Positions 1-14,200 of a stretch of DNA of 64,000 bases are shown here, one piece after another. The position numbers were made by a program, and so were the translations under genes. Source of the stretch: Camelus dromedarius (taxonomy: Eukaryota); NCBI RefSeq assembly GCF_036321535.1, contig NC_087438.1, positions 12,526,001-12,590,000 of the forward strand, written 5' to 3'. How positions within the stretch are numbered: position 1 is the stretch's first letter; each line of letters begins with the position of its first letter. Below the pieces are notes generated by a model. That model ran no database searches. It saw only the letters and a program-made list of their open reading frames with translations, and was not told the DNA's origin.

Positions 1-115
1 ACATAATGGAAAAGAATCTGAAAGGAAAAAAATATACACGTGTGTATATGTTTAACTGAATCACTTTGCTGTACACCTGAAACTAACTACACTTCAATAA
101 AAAATTACAAAAAAC
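1..115 (+). mobile_element. L1 3' end (runs off window start)
   Basis: aactgaatcactttgctgtacacctgaaactaac...cacttcaataaaaaa plus A-rich tail; the same terminus occurs at 37030-37095. Confidence 0.85.
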
Positions 116-1259
116 AACAGCTTGGACTTCTCCAGGAGAGCCTCATTAGCAAAGATCTGCTCTAACTTTTGCAAAATAAATTGACTTTCTGTTGTAGTGT
201 ACTTGTTAAAGTAACTTAAGCTGTATCGGCAGAATCCAGCCCAAAAGCTAGCACGTGCTGTTACCTTTGACCTTTTGAGGAGGCGTGATTTTTCCTGTGA
301 CCTAGACAGAGATCTACAGGCAGTAACAATGTTCCCGTAGATTTGAGTGCTCAGTATAATCCAATTAAATATGTACATTATTACAGCTCATTTGTGGAAG
401 GATGAAAAATTGCAGACCTAAGGGATATCGTTCTAGTCATGTGTATTACAAGTGACATAACCAAGCCCTGGGGAGTTACAAGTGGCTTGTTTAGCGTAAG
501 CAGCTGGTAGTGGCCATGGTGAGACTCAAGCCCAGACTCAGGTTCACAAAAGCAGGTACAAGGAATTGTGTTAGTTCCTTTTCCGAGGAGACTGATTCAG
601 ATGAGTTAATTGTGTGGCTTGAGCAGCCCGAGAGGGCCTCCGCTGATACATTAACTGGGGGCCCTGTTTTAAGTTCCACTTGTCAGGATGGTATTTATCA
701 CCTGGTCAGCAGGCCGAGATCTAACGTGATGTTGGTGTGTCTCCGAATGCAATGCTACATTCCCTAGTGGTTCCCTAATTCCAAGAAAAATGCTCATGGA
801 TATGGGCCTTTGGGTTTCCTTAACTTGCTTTTCTGAGCCTATAGGAAAAAATTAAAAAGTGTCTGGCTTCTCGCCTGATTTATTTACTTAATTTTTTTTT
901 TGCTAAGATTGAGGAAGGATATCTGGTTAATTATTTCCTTTCCTTTGTGTTTAAATGTATTATTTTATAACTGTGGATGAAAAATAAGATATTCCTGGGG
1001 AAAAGGTTTATTGATATTTCCACTTTAAAACTGTTATTGAACTCTAAGCAGGTGAAATGGGCAAAACAGAGTATTGTGTGTGGCCCTTTGCTGCAGCCTC
1101 TCAATTGAAAGCAAGATGGAAACAGAGTTAGGAGAGACTCTCCCTTTCCCAAGGTTGTTTAAGGCCCTTCTCCCTTTTGATTTTCCATGTAGTATTTTCC
1201 CATGTACGCTGGGCTCACTCGGTGTTTGGTGTTCCTGGTTGGCATTCATCTTTTTCCAG

Positions 1260-1437
1260 CGTTACTGAACTCAAGTTCAGCTGCTCACTGCTCAAAAGCC
1301 AACCCTCGAGAGACAGGTGTTGGTTGGAAAGGAAAGGTTGCTTTGTTCAGGAGGCCAGCAACCTGGGGAGAAGGCAGATTCGTGTCCAAGAACCAACATC
1401 ATTCTCACTGTTGTAAGATTTTGCCTGGTTAGTAACA
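1260..1437 (-). mobile_element. Internally deleted ERV1-type LTR relic
   Basis: Begins (c)gttactgaactcaagttcagctgctcactgctcaaaagcc and ends gtaaca; resembles the reverse complement of an ERV1 LTR 3' end. Confidence 0.55.
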
Positions 1438-2639
1438 CTTACCTGCTCTTAAACCTACAGATTATGTTGTGTATATTGCAAACTTTAATCTAGAATTTAA
1501 ATGTTAAGGGACATGATGGTGATGATGATGATTTTAATTAAATTGTATCAATTTCTATTTGTTCGCCTGTTTTGAATACAGTAATTTGTTCCACCTCTCT
1601 TCTACTTACTCTTGAAATTCAAGATGACTCTATTATATAGAAACAGGGCTGAGAAATGGGTTTTAGGTAAAGGAGTAAAAGAGTGAGTGTGTTGTTAGCT
1701 GAACTGTGTACTTTCCTGTAAATACTCTATTTAAATGGGTTAATAACCTCCTCCCCCTTTCTTTTATGGGTGAGTTTGAGTTTGCTGAGGCTAACTGTCC
1801 TGCCCAAGTTCACGTAGCTGAACTTGATCTGCTGACTCCACTGCCCATATGCTTTCTCCCACAGAGTATGTTGGATCAGGGCGCAGAACTCATTGGCCAG
1901 CTATCAAAGTTCTGTTTGAAACTAAAACAAAAAAACCTGTTTTCTGAAACGTGAACTCTAATTACATAAAATGGATGCTTCTGAAAACACAGTATCGTCT
2001 CAACAGGGCGGACTGTAAACTTTGAACAACAATTGAAGCCTCACATTGTGCGAGAAGGGAGTTTGCAGAGCTGAATGTCCACCGTGCTGTGCTTCCCCCA
2101 CCAGTGGCAGAAGTTGCTGGGGAGACAAGGGACCGCCCACGGCCTGGCGGAGGCGTGGGGCTTCTCAGCAGCTGCTGCTGCTGGTCCGGAACCTTGCTCT
2201 TCCCAGCAGGCTGCTGTGCGGTGTGCCTCATGTGGCAAAACAAGGGCGCTAGTGGAGGGGTTAGGTGGGAGAGGGTGGGACAGGCGGTGGGGGGCGGGCA
2301 GTTGGGTGCCAGGGAGCTTTGGGGAAGGAGAATGAGCCCTGACAATTCTAATTTATTTGAGATTCTGGTAGCAAAGAGGACCCAAGGACAAAATGGCTTA
2401 GTAGTTAATGAGATTTCATTGGGGCTGATGCCACCTTGTTCTGTCCACCCTCACCTCCAGGCTGGACCTGCGTAGGTCTTCTGCCATGCTTCTTTCTAGC
2501 TTGGTAAGCTCCAGTAATCACACTGGTCTTTGGGATTTTCAGGTTTTAGTTTTTACAGATGATGCAAAATCATTAGCTGACCCAATGTCACTTCCAACGC
2601 CATGTATCTGTATTTCTCAGTGAATGGCCCTTGAGACAC

Positions 2640-2790
2640 TGGCTTCAGCTTTACCTGGTCAACTTGTTGAAAAATAGATTCTTAGGCCCCATTCTGGACC
2701 CATTAATTAATCTCTGTAATGTGACCCCTAAATTACATTTTTAATAGGCTCCTCCGGTGACTTCTGTAGACATTAATTTCACTACTACTG
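2640..2790. mobile_element. MER5-like hAT relic
   Basis: cttgttgaaaaatagattcttaggcccc...ttttaataggctcctccggtgacttct resembles MER5A. Confidence 0.5.
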
Positions 2791-3607
2791 TTTGATACAG
2801 ACTGAAGTATCGACAAAGAAGAAAATTTGAGAGACTTTGCTCTAAATCACATCATGAACAAGGAACAAACTGGTATTTAGTTCTAGTTGCTTCAGTTAGA
2901 ATTCGTAACCTTTCATTCACTACTTAAGAATCTATGTATTGAGCTTTTACCGTATGCCAGGTCTGAGGATAAAAACATCGTCTTTTTTCTTAAAGAGTTC
3001 CATGGTTAGGAAGACATACCCCCTCAGTTATGTTTTTAAAGTCTTAGAGCATTCTGGGACTCAAACCTTTAATGTTTCTTCATTGCTCAGTGCCTCATGA
3101 AATAGCCAAGATGCTCAAATTTGAAGAAGGCAAAAGCATGGCAGCTTGGGATAGAATGTTTAAGAAGCTTTGAGAGATATATCTGGATTTGTAAGGAGAG
3201 GCTGGGTTGCAGATGGCATTAAATGTTCCCCTGTGTTGCTTAAACTCAGCATTGTAAGAGCCTCTTGAAGACGGAGGTAACTCATGCTATTTACTTGTGG
3301 ATTGAATACATTGTTTCTTAATTCAGCATACATTTACTGAATCCATATTTGTGCTGAGCATAAACACCAAGAACCAAAGCAAATTCTTTGTTTAAAAATC
3401 AAGGACACATATAAAGAATTCTAGAATGGTTTTCATCAAAAAATGATTAAAATATGAAATAGCTTTAGGGCTGGAAATCTGACATTTGCTATTGGTGCCG
3501 AGGGAAAAAAAAGACACATTAAATAAATGTCAGCTTGTGGCAATTTTAGGTGATCATAAAAAGTGTGAACTACGCTTTATAATTGGAGATAGAAATGACT
3601 GGAAGTA

Positions 3608-3765
3608 GGGAAAGGGTACAGCTCAAGCAATAGAGCGTATGCTTAACATCTACAAGGTCCTGGGTTCAATTCCCAGTACCTCCTCTAAAAAATAAATATA
3701 TAAATATGTAAGTAAGTAAACCTAATTACCTCCCTCACAAAAAATAAATTAATAAAAAATTTTAA
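3608..3765 (+). mobile_element. tRNA-derived SINE (camelid Vic-1-like)
   Basis: A-box-like agctcaagc, B box ggttcaattccc, conserved aaacctaattacc segment, A tail. TSD aaatgactggaagta (3593-3607) / aaattactggaagta (3766-3780). Confidence 0.9.
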
Positions 3766-6224
3766 AAATTACTGGAAGTAAAGTTACAGTTCTTCTCGCT
3801 GTTAGGTGGGCCTCCTTCCTTCGCCTTGGCCAGCAGCCGGTCTTTGTTGAGTGGGTGCACTGAACGAGCCCTTTGTGGCTCCAAAGCCCATGATGATCTA
3901 TCTAGTCCGTTAACCGTTAATAAGCAGCAAAAATATCTTGGCTGCTGCAGGTTTTTTCCCTGTGCTTTATTTTAATTCTGTTTTGAGCGTTCGAAATTAG
4001 TTGCGGTCATAAGACATATTAGTTTCCTGGGTCTGTGGAAGAGAGGGATGGTTCAGAAGTGATCTCAGCAGTTTGCATTTCCTGGGCTGGTTGTGGTTCA
4101 CTTACTAGCTTTATTGACTAAAGGAGCAGGTGATTTATAACATAAAGTCAGATGTTAGAATGCTGCAACCAGGGCTTTTGAAAGGACCACCCGTTAAGTG
4201 CAAATAAGTAACAATGTGAATGGACAGTAGACTCTAAAAGCATATTAGACTATTGATGAGAATGAATAATGAATGTTTTCTGATAGTGTTTGCTGCATGT
4301 GGCAGGATATTTTCAAAGGGGGAGAAAAAGCACTTCTGCATAAAGTCTGCATTTAGTTAACCTTTATCTTCAAAGGAGAGCTTAACTGTCACCTGCCATA
4401 TTTATAGCGGCATCATCAGTTCAGAGTTTTATGCTCAAAACTTGTAGAATCAGTTAGGAGATAGCTTTTGAAATGCATAGTAGCTTAGAAGAAAAATGTC
4501 TTTTCACTGTGATTACAGAGATTTCTATGTTCTCATCTTTAATTATGTGATGGATCCTAGTGCCTTAGAGTTTGCCATCATGGATGATCCCTAGAACTTG
4601 GCCGTGTCTTATTTAATGGAATGGAAATTTCACTTCTAATTTAGCAGACTTATTTCTATCACCAAGTGAAAGCTGAGTTTACATAACTCAATGGTGATGA
4701 TTGTGTAGACTCTTTGATCTCCAGAGTTTATAACTTGAAAATTGCATGTTTCAGTGGAGAGTGAGTCTGTAATATTGACCCAGTAACCATCATGTATTGC
4801 CAACCTTAAAACATAACCTTTGTTCTGGGGTCATCATATATCCGTTGAGTAAATTGAAGTTAGACTTTAGGTCGATGTTGAAGTGAGCCCAGATCTGTTT
4901 TACTGTTAAAACTTTGAACTTCGAATATAAAAGGGTTAAGCAATGATGATACAGATAAATGGTCAAAATGGAGACTTATCTAAAGACCAAGACTAGATTG
5001 CATAATAAGGAAAGAATAAGGGTAGAAAAGACTTCTAAAGAATTAAGGTCCTTTTATATTTACATTGTGAATGCAGGTCTAGATATCAATGCATTTCTTA
5101 CCTAAGAAACTCTTAAACCCTTTTGTAATGCAGTGAGCCACTCTGCTCTCCTTTGCACATCAAATTGTTTCACCATCAGACCTCTCCTGGTTTAGTGGTC
5201 ACTATGTTAATTCTTTAGCACTTTAAAGCATTTTAGTTGATGAAATGTCTGTCTCTTCCTTCCAGTACTTGAGAAATCCTAACTGTTATGTGAAGGAACT
5301 GAGAAGATAAATGACTGGACATATGAAGACCTAAAGACTAATGACTTAAAGACACAATCAAATATTTACTAGAGAGAGAACTTACTGAGTGTTTGGTCTG
5401 GAAGAATTTAGATTTAACTGCATGCACCTGAACGAGAGTGATGTCAGTGCCCAGTCTGGGAAGACCCCTGGGTCTGGAATTTCACTCACTCTTCTCTCTC
5501 GCTCCTCGATCTGTATCATAAGGGTCCCTCCTTACCGAACCGAGCTTAACCGTGACTGACCTTCCTGAGTCTTCCAGAACCTTGCCCTATCAATTGTTTC
5601 TCCTTTATGTTTCTACTTTCTTTCTTCTTTGTCTCCTCCCATCTTCCTGTATATACTTTCAGTTCTTCCAAATCCTTATAAACAAATGAACAAAACTCCG
5701 TTTTGACAAAATTGCAAATTCTTGCCTTGACTCTTGCTGTTACTTCACTGACTCTCTTTTATGTGGGCCTTTGTGGATCTCTTCGCTGGCTGAGTTCTCT
5801 GAGCCCTTCCAGAGAGGCATATGTCTTTGCTCTTCTACCTGAGTCACTCCAGGGTCAGCTGTTAACAACTCATCGCAAGATCAAATTGTACAACCTCTGT
5901 TCCTATCTTTCTTAGTCTTTTTGCAGCTGAATATCACTCCTCCAGGCCGCTTCCTAAAATTCTCTCTTCTTTTGATTTCTGAGGCATATTTTGCCCCCTT
6001 TCTGGTTTTCTGCCTTCTGCCTCCTAAATACAAACATTCCATTAGGCAACCTTGATAGGTGTATCCATCATCCGTCCCTCCAGGTGGATGGGTCCTGACC
6101 TATCTCCTAAAGGAAAATAGGGGTTTCTTAACACTCTTGACTGGATTCTTCCTGTTAGTTTGCTCTAACATACTCTCCACTTCTCCGTCTTCATCGAAAG
6201 ACAGCCTAGTCATCTTCCAAGGCA

Positions 6225-6455
6225 GTTTATCGTGATGGTTACGAGTGCTCACTCAGTGCCAGACTGCGTGGTTTCACACCACATCTCCAGACCACTAGTT
6301 GTATGATCTTGGGTAAGTTATTTGGCTCCTTTGTTTCCTAATGGTAAAGTGGAGACGGTAATAATAATTCCTTCCTTGTAGGATTGATGAGACAGTTGAT
6401 GGTTTAATATTTGTCAAGATTAAATAGTAAGACAGTCCTAGAGTAAGTACTATAT
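6225..6455 (+). mobile_element. MIR SINE
   Basis: Core tgtatgatcttgggtaagttattt...tttgtttcctaatggtaaagtggag and ttgtaggattgatgaga. Confidence 0.7.
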
Positions 6456-6785
6456 GTATAAGTACTTTTAATATTTCTACCATCTCAAACTGCAGCTTCC
6501 GTATAAAACTTTTCTGACTCTTGACTCCAACTAAAGTTCATCTCTTCTGGGAAAACTTATTTTTTGCTCTGTTATGACGCCTGACTTCCTCTCATTTTAC
6601 TTGTCTCTGTTTGTCTTAACCCTAGTGCTGGACTAGAGTAGGTTCTCTTTCCCCTCTTATATTCCCTGCCATGTCTTACTTGACTTCAAAAAAATTTCTT
6701 TTCCTACCAAAGATGAGGTGTATTTTTTTTGTAGAATAATTTCTGAAGATTTGAAGTTCTTGAGGCTACTCTGCATGTTGGATTT

Positions 6786-7127
6786 AAAAAAATGTTTTTA
6801 TTTGCACTCTTTTTAATTGAAATATAGTCAGTTTACAACTTTGTGTCAATTTCTGGTGTACAGCATAAAGTTTCAGTCACACATATACATACATATATTC
6901 ATTTTTCATATTCTTTTTCATCATAGGCTACCCCAAGATTTTGAATATAGTTCCCTCTGCTATACAGTAGAAATTTGTTTATTTCATATATAGTAGTTAG
7001 TATCTGCAAATATCGAACATCCAATTTATCCCTTCTCAGTACTTTTACCCCCCTGGTAACCATAAATTTGTTCTCTATGTCTGTGAGTCTGTTTCTGTTT
7101 TGTAAATCAGTTCATCTGTGTCTTTTT
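6786..7127 (-). mobile_element. 5'-truncated L1 (3' UTR) with TSD
   Basis: Reverse L1 3' UTR flanked by a perfect 14-bp TSD tgcatgttggattt (6772-6785, 7128-7141). Confidence 0.9.
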
Positions 7128-10100
7128 TGCATGTTGGATTTTTGATGAGTGATCTGCAGAGATACTTTGAGGGTGCTCTGTAGGGCTAGCCCGAACTTCA
7201 TGAAGAAAAATAGTGGAAGCTTCACTTGTGGTTAATTTCCTTTTCTATTGGAGGACTTTCTGACTTTGTAGATCTAACTCATCTTAACCACCTCTTTGGG
7301 AAAATTGGGTTGCAACAGTGAGTGTATGTGCATCTGTGTGCTTTCCAAATATTTCTTGCACATTGTACAGTACATTTTTTACAATGTTGAACATTTTTTT
7401 TGTGGCAAGTAAGTAGGTTATCTTGCAAATGTTTTCTCTAAAATTTTACTCGTGATATTTAATAGGTTTGCCTTAGAAATTTAGACATGAGTTGACAACT
7501 CTTACTATACTTCCCCTTCCGCAGAGGACATTCCCAGCCCCTAAATGTTGGAGATTTTACAGTTGCTAAATAGAAGCTTTCACCAAATCAGATACTGACA
7601 ACAATAATTCAAGAATGGAAATTATCACCAGGCATTGATAAAACCTGAGAGCAAATCATTATGACAAAGCATATCCTAGTAGGAATACCAGAAATACACA
7701 CAGGCTGCATTATCTTTATTTCATTTTCCTCTTTTAGAGCAAAAGTTTTGGCATTTGAAAGAAGAGAGCCAGCCATTTGTTGAAAACAGAAATTGTTGCA
7801 CATAACCAACCATATGTTTTAGATTTTTTCCCCTCTATTATTGAAAATGTATTTTGAATTTGTTGTGTTTCTCCATACTTTGTAAATTCTTTCCTTAAGG
7901 TTAAAAAGATTTTTCCCCCCTTTTTCTTATCCCAACATTTGCTTCGGCTTGGTTTAACCAACAACTTGGAGTCTTTGAGCCTGAGTCATTATAAACCCAA
8001 TGTGTCTGGTGATGTTTGTCTGCAGACGCAACTTATGAGTCAGTTCTAACTTTGTATGTATGGATTTTCTTGTATATAAACCTGTTGAACCTTGGCAGCC
8101 CTGAATTTGCAGAATGACACAGTTAATGTGCTACGGCCACAGATTTAACTTTGTCAAGAAACATTGATTCATTCTCATGATGTGATCAAAACAAGAAATA
8201 ATCTCCTTTTGATTCTGTTTCCGTTTTATAATCAGAAGATAATGTATCTGCTTCGCAGATGGAAGCAGAATGAAAAAGAGACTCTTTCTTGTCTTGATCT
8301 CACAGTGAAGCAGCAATCAAACCAGAAATAATGCTCCAGTCTCTGACACACACTGCTGCATATTCATGTTGGGTTTTGCTATAGGCTTGGAGTCATCTTT
8401 TTCTTCGTATTCTGTTTGATATCATCCTTAAGAACTTTATTCTTCTGGTTCTAGATGAAATGGTTAATTAATCCAAATTTGTGTTTTCAAAATAGAAACG
8501 TGGCACTAGATGGGACCTTTGTATGATTCAAACTGTCCTATACAGAAAGTACCTAGATATTAGCGCAGAGATAGAAGATATAAGAATAGCACGTGAAGTC
8601 ATAATAAAGTAACTTTCAGATCATATGGAGAAATTCTCTATCATTTCCTTGTTTTGTTTTATACACCAGTAAATGTATGCCAGTGATTTTCATTGTCACA
8701 GAATTATGTTGCTGTTCATTGACAGAGTAACAAAAATGTAGAAATATGCTAATGAGAAATGGAATTGGGAGATGCCTTGGAATACGTACTATTGTGGGAA
8801 GAATACAGTGCTTGTAATGCCCTTGGTTTTTGGATAGTTAATGCCTGGAAACTGTCATGATACAAGATTGCATTTTCTGAAGAGGGTCAGTGCTCTAACT
8901 GGGGCTTGCCTTTTTCATCTGAAGGTGTGGGCAACACTTAACTAATGGCTATCACCAGCAAAGTGCTACCTCAGTGAAGCTTCTTCCATCACAAATGGTG
9001 ATCATTTGCATGTCAAAACATGGAAAATTCAGTAGATGGGCTGAGAAAAACCTTAACCTTTAATTACCAATAATCTTGCTCACCAGCAGGATGCAGGATG
9101 GTTCTTGAAGCTCTTTGGATGACCCAGCTCTCTAGTGGAACTTTTCTCGGATGCCTGATGGCATGCTGTTACTCAGATCTGCCTTAAAGGACTGAGATTT
9201 TAAAGTTGGTGGTGACAATTATTGTTTCACCTACTCAAAACTCCTTTTGATTCAGTATTTCTTCTTTCTCCCTCACCTACACCCAACCAGACTATTCAGT
9301 AAAGGCTAAATAGTCTTTCAAGGACTAAAGAAAGGAAACAGCAAGTGATAGCTCCTAGACCCCTCATGTTTTACTGAAAAGCCATGTAAGAACGACTTCC
9401 AATAACGGCTAAAATAGCGATTAAATTCCACCCTGGTGGGTAGAGTTATGTCAACGTTGGCAATTGTCTTGACCAAAACCAAAGGGACACACAGGCAGAG
9501 GGGCCGAGCTGTGTGTTTTCACTTGGTAGCCAGAGGCTTTGAGAACCTCAGTCGCTGGAAGGGCAGAACTGTCTTCTATAGAGACAACTGAGGACCAAGT
9601 CAGCTTAAAGGCTCCACTCATCACAGTCTGCCAGTCGGCTCCTTTCTTAGCACCGAGGACAGGGAAGCTATCCCAATGGGCTTCCCGATTCATGGTAACT
9701 TTGCTTTACCTTTAGTGTGGAATGAAGTCAGGGTTTAAACCCTCTTCCACTAGGTATTTCTTGCCTGTGAAGGTGCCCTACTGGAAAGGGTATGGGATGA
9801 AATATTTGGCTTCAGTTTCTATAAGATAAAAATTCAGAAAAAGATTGGATCCAGTGGAGGAGTAGATACTCGGAAGCAGTAATAGGGAGAATTTTTCTCT
9901 TTCTCCTGACTCTCTCCCTCTCTCTTTTATGTCTGGGTGATGCATCTTACTGTTTTCAGAGCCACCATGACCTCATGCTGATAGTCCCAAAGCAAAGCTG
10001 TTGGTATTAAAAACCTATAACTGGCTGGGAACTCTTTCCCAACCTATGATAAACTCCAAACAAAATCTTCTAACATGTTGCATTTTGATAGCACAGTAAA

Positions 10101-11427
10101 AATGGTGCTATGTCCTAGTTTTGTTCCGTGTCTCTTTCCATTACATTGGGTATAGAAATGAATTACCCCTTGATTTTGAAAATATGCGATTCATGAGAAC
10201 ATTCTTAGATACAACTGTTTAATTAAGAGAATCCACAAAAACATATGGACCTTCATAAACAAGTGAATTATTTTTTTTCCCCCTTAGATGAACCATTCCA
10301 TATTTCTGGGCTCAATTCAAAACCAAACAAACAAAAAATGGTTCCTCCCAAAGCAAGTGGTATAATCAGTTGGTGGTACTAGTGCTTGCTTTCTGTTCAC
10401 CTCTTCAGACTTGTTGAAGGAATGAAAAGAGAATGAGTCCGTGGCTAAAACCCTCAATTTTGGCAAAAATGTAGACCATTTTTGTATTGGACAATCATTG
10501 TAACATTGGTACATTATTAATCATGGTAACATTTATCAAGATTTATTAATCATGGTAACATTTATTCTGACTCAGGGATTTAATCCACTTTCTTCATAAA
10601 ATTCAAGATACTTTATCATGTTTTTTGCATAAGCAGATTACTCTAGATGTAAATGAAACTGCCCCACATATTTTAAACATCCTTTGAGACCTTTGGGTGA
10701 GGGAGGAGTCCATAGTCAGGAATTTTAGAATTTGAGAATTTTAAGATTTATTGAGGAAGAAGTGAGTCTAGCCACTACTAAGATAATTTTTCTCACCGGT
10801 AGCAAGTGGGTGAAAGCTGGTTTCTGACAGACAAAATATACTTTGTCGGGAGGCCACACGTGACTAAGTGCTTGGTGTTAATGTCCTATGAAACAGCACG
10901 GTCTTGCCTTAGAAAGAAGGCGAGTCTTCCATTTGCACCAAATGTGTGTTCCTAAAGGATTTGCAAACACTGTTCCCAATGTTAACTAATTCTGGATGAG
11001 GTGGTAGAGATGGTGTGGCAAGAAAATCATTCCTCTGTTGTGCCAGTTTGTTGTATAAGTGTTTTTTTATCTATAGGAAACAGACTAATTAGTTTTAGAT
11101 TACAAAATATTGAATTTATAAATTTAAATGGTTCTCACGTGATACAGGGTGGGAAAAGGTAAACCTTGGGGGTTAAGTTTCAGCATGAATTTTAAAGAGA
11201 CACAAACACTCAGACCATAGCATTGATCATAGGACATTTTTCTCACATACCCCTTTTTGTTTAGTGCCAAGAAGGACCCATAAAATATATCTATCCATCT
11301 ATATATGTATGTGTATGTAACTTTTTTTTTTCAGAAGGGGAATAAACTTCAAATATCTTTTACTGAAAGGGAAATTTGAGACCCAGAGCAGGAGGTGACT
11401 TGCTCAGAATTTTATAACAAATTATTG

Positions 11428-11560
11428 GGGTGGGAGGGTATAGCTCAGTGGTAGAGTATGTGTTTAGCATGCACAAGGTGTTGGGTTCAATCCCCAGTAC
11501 TTCTGTTAAAAAATAATAAAAATAAATATACCTAATCCCCATTTTTTTCCAAAAAAAAAA
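11428..11560 (+). mobile_element. tRNA-derived SINE
   Basis: gggagggtatagctcagtggtagag...gggttcaatccccagtac plus A tail; TSD aaattattg (11419-11427, 11561-11569). Confidence 0.92.
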
Positions 11561-12890
11561 AAATTATTGACAGCTGGGACCAGCACTCAGTGTGTTTGCT
11601 ATTTTTAGCAAACGTCATACTAAGTGAGTGCTAGGTGGCTTGTTTTTGACATGAGCCTTAAAGAAAAGATTAATAATTTAATTTTTTCCTAAATGACATT
11701 TTGTCCTTTGCCTGTCTACCTTTATTTTCTCAAAATTTCAATTCAGTAGGCTATGCTGGTTAGATTGGTTTATATTACGGTCAGAAAAAAACAGGTAAGT
11801 GCCTATTAGGAAAGTTCTGGATGAGTCGATCATCTTAGAATTTGCAAGAATTGTGGTTGTTTAATGAAATCCCATGATAATTCAGTTTACACAGAAGTGG
11901 TTCTGCCCAGTGTGTCCTGGGATTGTGTGTGCAGAATAAACACATCTTAGACGATTTGAATGGCTAAAGAACACCTTCTGGCTTCACTGGCAGGCTTCCT
12001 GCAGCCATAGGAACAAAGAATTGAAACCGCTTAGTACAGGTGATTATCTCTGTTAGACTATCTTTGTTACAAAAAAGCATTTCAAATTATTTCTTGTCCT
12101 TAATCCCTCAAAGAATTTTTTTTAGGTTTGCTATAGTGGTAATATATAGGATCAAGTTTTTCTTTTTCCTTTATAGATATATATTAGTCAACTTGGTGGT
12201 TGAACATTAGCTTGTAAACAGAATTTCCTTTTACAAGAAAAGAAATCCTTGTTAGCTCCAAGACTCAACAAAATCCTTCAAAGATTTGCTTTGGGGAAGG
12301 AATTAAAACCTAGTATTTAGGCCATATATTACTTTACTTCATGTACTTAATTCTGAGTACAAAAGAATCCTCACCTTACTTAGCCTACCCAGCTAGGAAG
12401 TTCCTCTGTTACGTGCCTTGAAGACGTTAGAGAAACACACCATTAGAAGTTTTGTGAAAGTTCTTAAATATAGACCGTCATTAGCAAAAGTCATCCGCTG
12501 CCAATAAACAAAGAAAAGTGTCAGAAGTGAATGTGTCATGTAAGCTAACAACCATGCTATGCAGTCAGCCTCAAGAGGTGGTGGGTGGATCAGTCACCTG
12601 GATGCTGCCTCCTTCTGAGTCCCTGATGGATGTGCCAGCAAATGGCTGGCTGGACCACCACCCGCTAACTTTCACAGCTTCTCTCCTGTTTTCCCACGTC
12701 CCATCCGTGGTGGCTCTGATCACCTAGCAGTGCTAGATTGTCACTTTCCTCTCTTCACTCAAAAGCAGAACTTTAAGTCTCCTGGACTATTTGTTTATAG
12801 CCAAGTGGGGTTAGTTAACTAGAGCGAGGCTCGGTTTTTGTAAGATGGGGAAATGAGTCACAAGACAGCTGTGGGAGGTTTAAAACTGTT

Positions 12891-13060
12891 GGGGGGAGGG
12901 TATAGCTCAGTAGGTAGAGTGCGTGCCTAGCATGCATGAGGCCCTGGGTTCAATCCCCAGTACCCCCATTAAAAAAATAAATAAGTAAACCTAATTACTT
13001 CCCCCTCCAAGAAAACCAACCAAACCAAAAAGAAAAAAGGAAAAAAAAAACCCAAAACAA
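12891..13060 (+). mobile_element. tRNA-derived SINE
   Basis: ggggagggtatagctcagtaggtagag...gggttcaatccccagtacc, long A-rich tail; TSD aaaactgtt/aacactgtt. Confidence 0.92.
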
Positions 13061-13722
13061 AACACTGTTTGTTAGTACCTTAAAAATATGAAATGCTTTG
13101 GTACTTTATAATAAAGAAAATTTTGATCTGTGGAAAAAAAAAATAGGGGGTGGCATTTGACTGCTACCTTTCCTCCTAAACATCTTATGTTTAGCTTCTT
13201 AACAAAGGTAAGGTGTAGCTCAAGTGTTTTGCTTTCACATGTATATGTCAGTAAGTGAGTTTTAACCGAAGAATTTGGATCCTCTTTTCATCCTGGTGAC
13301 TGAAGAGGAGATTTTTTTTCTCTCTCGTTTCCTTGAACCAAGTGATGAAGAGGTAGTGAAACGATGAAATGATATTTCTTTTATGATCACTCTGGCATCA
13401 GCTCAGATTGGGAGGAAGGAGGTTTGATGACTAATCTATAAGTTTTACTTCTATCTGGAAAATGATTTCTTGGTATAATAGACTGTTTATATCTTAAAAA
13501 GACTCATAACCTGGAGAATTTTAAGTACATAAAAGTTTCAAGTTAAAGAATTTTGACTTAATTTTAATTTTAAACTTAATTTTAATATGAGCAGTATGGT
13601 GATGATGTGGCGACAGCAGATAACCATACAAACTTCCTTTCCACATGTACCCAGTCTGCAGGAACATACATGGAACACACACCCCGAAAATCTCCTTGAT
13701 GACATTTGAAAATATTTTTAAA

Positions 13723-13891
13723 TTTAAATTTCTTAAATTTTTTATTTTGGGGGAGGTAATTAGGTTTATTTATTTATTTGTTTGTTTCTACTATTATTTT
13801 TTTTTCAATGAAGGTACTGGGGAATTGAACCTGGGACCTCATGCATTCTAAGCATGTGCTCTACCACTTGAGCTATATATACCCCCCCCCC
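13723..13891 (-). mobile_element. tRNA-derived SINE
   Basis: Reverse copy; perfect 15-bp TSD gaaaatatttttaaa (13708-13722, 13892-13906). Confidence 0.92.
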
Positions 13892-14039
13892 GAAAATATT
13901 TTTAAAATACCTGAATTCCAGGGCTTCTAGTTCCTGATTCTAGAACTTGTGTGTGGAACCTATGTCCTCCTGGTCTCTTGGGGTTTGCAAGCACAGAACT
14001 ATCTAAGAATTGCAAAATTAAATGGTGGGGAAAGGAACC

Positions 14040-14200
14040 AACATTTATTGCAGGCCCATGAAATGCCAGGCGTTGTACTGATGCCTCATGTTAAATTTCC
14101 CTAAGATTGATGTTTCTTATCGGACAGGAAATGAAAGGACAGTGAAGTTAAGTAACTTGCCCCAGGATTCTGGGCAGGTGAGCTGTGGAGATGGAACTCA
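14040..14200 (-). mobile_element. MIR SINE
   Basis: aacatttattg...gccaggc...ggaaatgaaaggacagtgaagttaagtaacttgccccagg. Confidence 0.65.

Noticed and set aside
12891..12965. tRNA-like sequence (also at 3608, 11428, 13723, 22215, 51730)
   Set aside because: SINE heads with A tails and TSDs; no proper acceptor stem, so not tRNA genes.
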